Assembly (NCBI GenBank): GCA_002633005.1
Contig: NMRA01000096.1
Span: forward strand, 558,001-622,000
From: Phoronis australis
Taxonomy: Eukaryota > Animalia > Phoronida
Length of the DNA: 64,000 nt
Reading direction: 5' to 3'
Shown: piece after piece, positions 61,001 through 64,000 of the stretch
How positions within the stretch are numbered: the stretch's first letter is position 1
How the letters are laid out: each line of letters opens with the position of its first letter
The notes under the pieces: generated by a model
Seen by the model: the letters and a program-made list of their open reading frames with translations, nothing else
The model's database searches: none
Told to the model about the DNA's origin: nothing
Translations under genes and position numbers: made by a program

Positions 61001-63137
61001 TGACAACTTCTACTTAACATTATGAGAAGCAGTGACTCCAGGTCTGGCCCAGGTGTACCTAATATTATGTTTCTTAGTGTTACTGTTAAGTTATTTGTGT
61101 TTGGAAAGTTGTATTGTCGAGTAAAATGTTTTCATTACAAATTGTAAAAAATATTTTTTATTTTTAGTCAACAACAAGAACTTGATGTGGGTATCGTCTT
61201 AGTAACATTTTTATTTGCATTTGTAATTGTTAAAAAGCATTTGATCAATGTGTATCAAACAAGTACTTGTTCTTGGTATTTTGTTGAAAAGCGAAATGTT
61301 TTTTAGTCGCTGTCAGTTGTATCTGTGACTGTAAATTCGTATGGTCATAATTTTTCTATAATTTGTGTTGGTTGTAAATTTGACCAGTGCTTTTCCTAAA
61401 CATACAATCAGCCTTTACATAGATGCTGAAGCCTCATGCGATTTAGTTTAAGTTGGAATATTTTTGATTAAGAATGAATTCTCAAATTTTCTAAAATGTT
61501 TCTTTATGCATGGTCAGAACTTCCGTCTGGATTTCACAGTTAAACCGGACATTGCTCATTTTCAGGTCTTCATCACTGTCAAGGGTACAAAAGGCAGTTT
61601 GAAAAAGATGCAGCTTAAGAAAAACCGAGTTGGTTTTACATTTTGTCAGAAGGCATCAGAAGTATTTTATATCCGTGGACCTCGACTTGGAGAGCTTGAG
61701 TATCTCATTGTTGAGGTGAGTGCATGTATGTAACACCGCAGCAAACAGTGTAATCTGTAGATACTTTGTATACGAGAAATTTCAGGTCGACTCAAATGTA
61801 AGCACGCAGGCTCATGATCGAGCATTAAGTCCATGGGTCTGTTTTGGAGATCAAAATATCGCAGTTTTTATGATTTAGATTTTTGCGGTTTTCCACAGTT
61901 TGCAGTTTGAGACAACAGTACAACTGAAATTGGAAGTTGTTTGGATTTACTTTGATATTATTCTGAAGTATTAATGCCCCCTCTCACTTACGTAGTGTTT
62001 AATCAGTAGTTCTCATTGTTGACACAAAGTAATTTAATATGGATTATTCATCAATTCATTCTTAAAATATGGGCTTATGTCTGAGGTACTAGAGGACTTA
62101 TGAAGGTACTTGCCACATAAACATAGCCAATTTTAGTTCTAACAAAACATAAAAATAGAATGACATTGCTTTGGAGAGCATTTGAAGAAAGTTGTTCTCT
62201 CATCACTGGTTCGTAGTTGCTTTTACTCTTTTCAATTTGAGTCAGGTGATATAATCACCATGTTTACTTAATACTCTGTAGCATGATGGAGTCGAGAAGT
62301 ATCAGGACTGGTTCTTGGAGCGAATACAAGTTACAAACATGAAAACGAGGCAGACATTTATGTTTAAGTGTCATCAGTGGCTGTCACTTTTTGTTGGAGA
62401 CCAACAGGTCAAACGGAAACTGTTAGCTGAGGAGAAGGAAACTGAAATAAAGGGTAAGTTTGTGGATGATTGTCTTGAGTCAAGCAGTTCATGGTCTGTT
62501 GCGCTTGGTGTTTTCAATGCGCTATTTTTAATTATTATTCAACGCACCACCTATTGTCTGTTAAGGTATTGTTGAATTGTATTGCCGTGTAATTGAAGCA
62601 TCTCAGCAGTAGTACAGTTTTATTTGGGACTTATGAAGTGGAACTTGAACCAATGTTATCAGATTGGTTTTAACGCTGTTCGACTGCGATTGTCAACATT
62701 CTTGGTAGTTTTTTCTCTCCAAAGTTATTGACATAAAGTTTTTCATTGTCATTGCTAACTTTGGCAATTCTATTACACCATTGCAAACCCAGTACAAGTT
62801 GTTTCAGACAATTTTTATAAATCAAATTCTCCGTTTAGGGTCTTTCTCTTTTGGCAATTTTGAGCATATTTTCATTCCATGAGTAGACCTCAGGGGAATT
62901 CACACACACTTTGTGTATAATACATGACCAATCTGTTCCAGATTACAAAGTCCATGTTTCCACTGGAACCAAGAGACTGTCTGGTACAGATTCCAATGTC
63001 TTCATCACTTTATATGGCAGGAAGGGTGTTAGTCCAAAGTTGAAACTTCAAGATAAATCTAAGAACTTGTTTGAGCGAGGACAGACCGATACCTTCAGTC
63101 TAAGCATTGAAGATGTTGGCCCGCTGACTAGAATTAG
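55001..63137 (+). CDS. PLAT/LH2 (lipoxygenase-homology) repeat protein, LOXHD1-like; 5' part only, continues beyond the window
   Basis: join(55001..55313,55997..56173,56741..56811,58292..58450,61566..61715,62282..62453,62942..63137>). All GT-AG with consistent phases. PLAT1: YRVVVTTG..GTDAN|VFITVKG..LGELEYLIVE|HDG..WFLERIQV..FKCHQWL. PLAT2: YKVHVSTG..GTDSNVFITLYG..FERGQTDTF..DVGPLTRIR. Orthology to LOXHD1 is not established. Confidence 0.88.
58650..60540 (+). mobile_element. Two tandem, differently deleted copies of the 48989-50345 repeat family
   Basis: 58650-59610 and 59619-60540 each align to complementary parts of 48989-50345, in the same orientation. Confidence 0.72.
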
Positions 63138-63228
63138 GTAGGTGAATGTCTCGCTTTAGAATAAGGGCATGGGGGTAAGATATACTCTCATCCTCTGGTG
63201 TTATAACATGAGCCTTGAAATGAATTCA

Positions 63229-64000
63229 TTTTTATGCGCCCACATATTTATATGTGGACGCATTATGCCGTCATCTCCGTCCGTCCGTCCATCCCGGCGG
63301 CGTCAGGCGTCCAGCGTCCGCTGCTTTATCTCCAAAACCCTTTGACATAAGTTCACATATGTTCCATTCATGAATGGGACGGCATGTGCGAACTTTCGGA
63401 GGGATCTGACTACCGGTGTGCCCCCTAGTGGCAATTTTAGTTTTTTACGCTTACCTTTTTATTTTCAAAAGTCCTGAACGGATTTTCATGAAATTTGTTA
63501 TGTAGGCACCTATTAGTGAGATGACGCTATCCTCCCGTTTTCTGATGGATTTGACGTAGTTTGCGCCACCTGGTGGCCATTTTTACTGTTTTCGAGTATT
63601 TTTGCGTCCACCCCTCTATCAACCAAACTGCTCAAAGGATGATTGTGAAAATTGGCGTGTATGTGCTTATTATAAAGAGGACAGCTGACAATGATTTTCA
63701 GACGATTTGGACTACTGTGGCGCCTCCTAGTGGCAGTTTTTTTGCGCCTATGGCTGTATATCCTAAACCGTTCGCAGGATCTTTACAAAATTGTATAAGT
63801 ATATTTATATGATGTTAGCAACGAAAGATGACGACTTTTGGACGGATCCGCCTACCAGTGTGCCCCCTAGTGGCAATTTTATTTTTTTACGTTTACCTTT
63901 GTATCTTCACAAGTCCTTAACGGATTTTCATGAAATTTGGTATGTAGGCACCTATTAGTGCGATGACTCTATCCTCCCGTTTTCGGATGGATTTGACCTA
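63229..64000 (+). mobile_element. Second Pearl/Tsp-like HINE copy (opposite orientation), runs off the window
   Basis: Starts TTTTTATGCGCCCACATAT-TT-ATATGTGGACGCAT, then (GTCC)n, then internal monomers. It is the reverse complement of 37800-38666; spurious ORFs at 38031 and 63561 both begin MRHLVAIFTVFE. Confidence 0.85.

Overview
AT-rich eukaryotic (animal, most likely marine invertebrate deuterostome; inferred, not proven) genomic DNA with spliceosomal introns and no prokaryotic features. I assembled three multi-exon genes by hand from GT-AG sites and reading-frame phase. (1) A + strand 269-aa protein with a coiled coil, two EF-hands and a C-terminal CCIQ prenylation-type motif (4852-17316). 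(2) A - strand ~628-aa type I membrane mucin-like glycoprotein that includes a 33-nt microexon (50807-22178). (3) The 5' part of a + strand multi-PLAT/LH2 (LOXHD1-like) gene (55001 to beyond the window), head-to-head with gene 2. Introns hold many non-autonomous DNA transposons: pogo/Tigger-like, Tc1/mariner, hAT, two MITEs with 5-bp TSDs, and two Pearl/Tsp-like Helentron-associated elements. Three tandem duplications joined at single N bases are most likely uncollapsed haplotypes. The most striking observation is that the Helentron-associated elements carry arrays of co-oriented CTCF-consensus motifs at ~145-bp spacing, and the two copies face each other across the bidirectional promoter.
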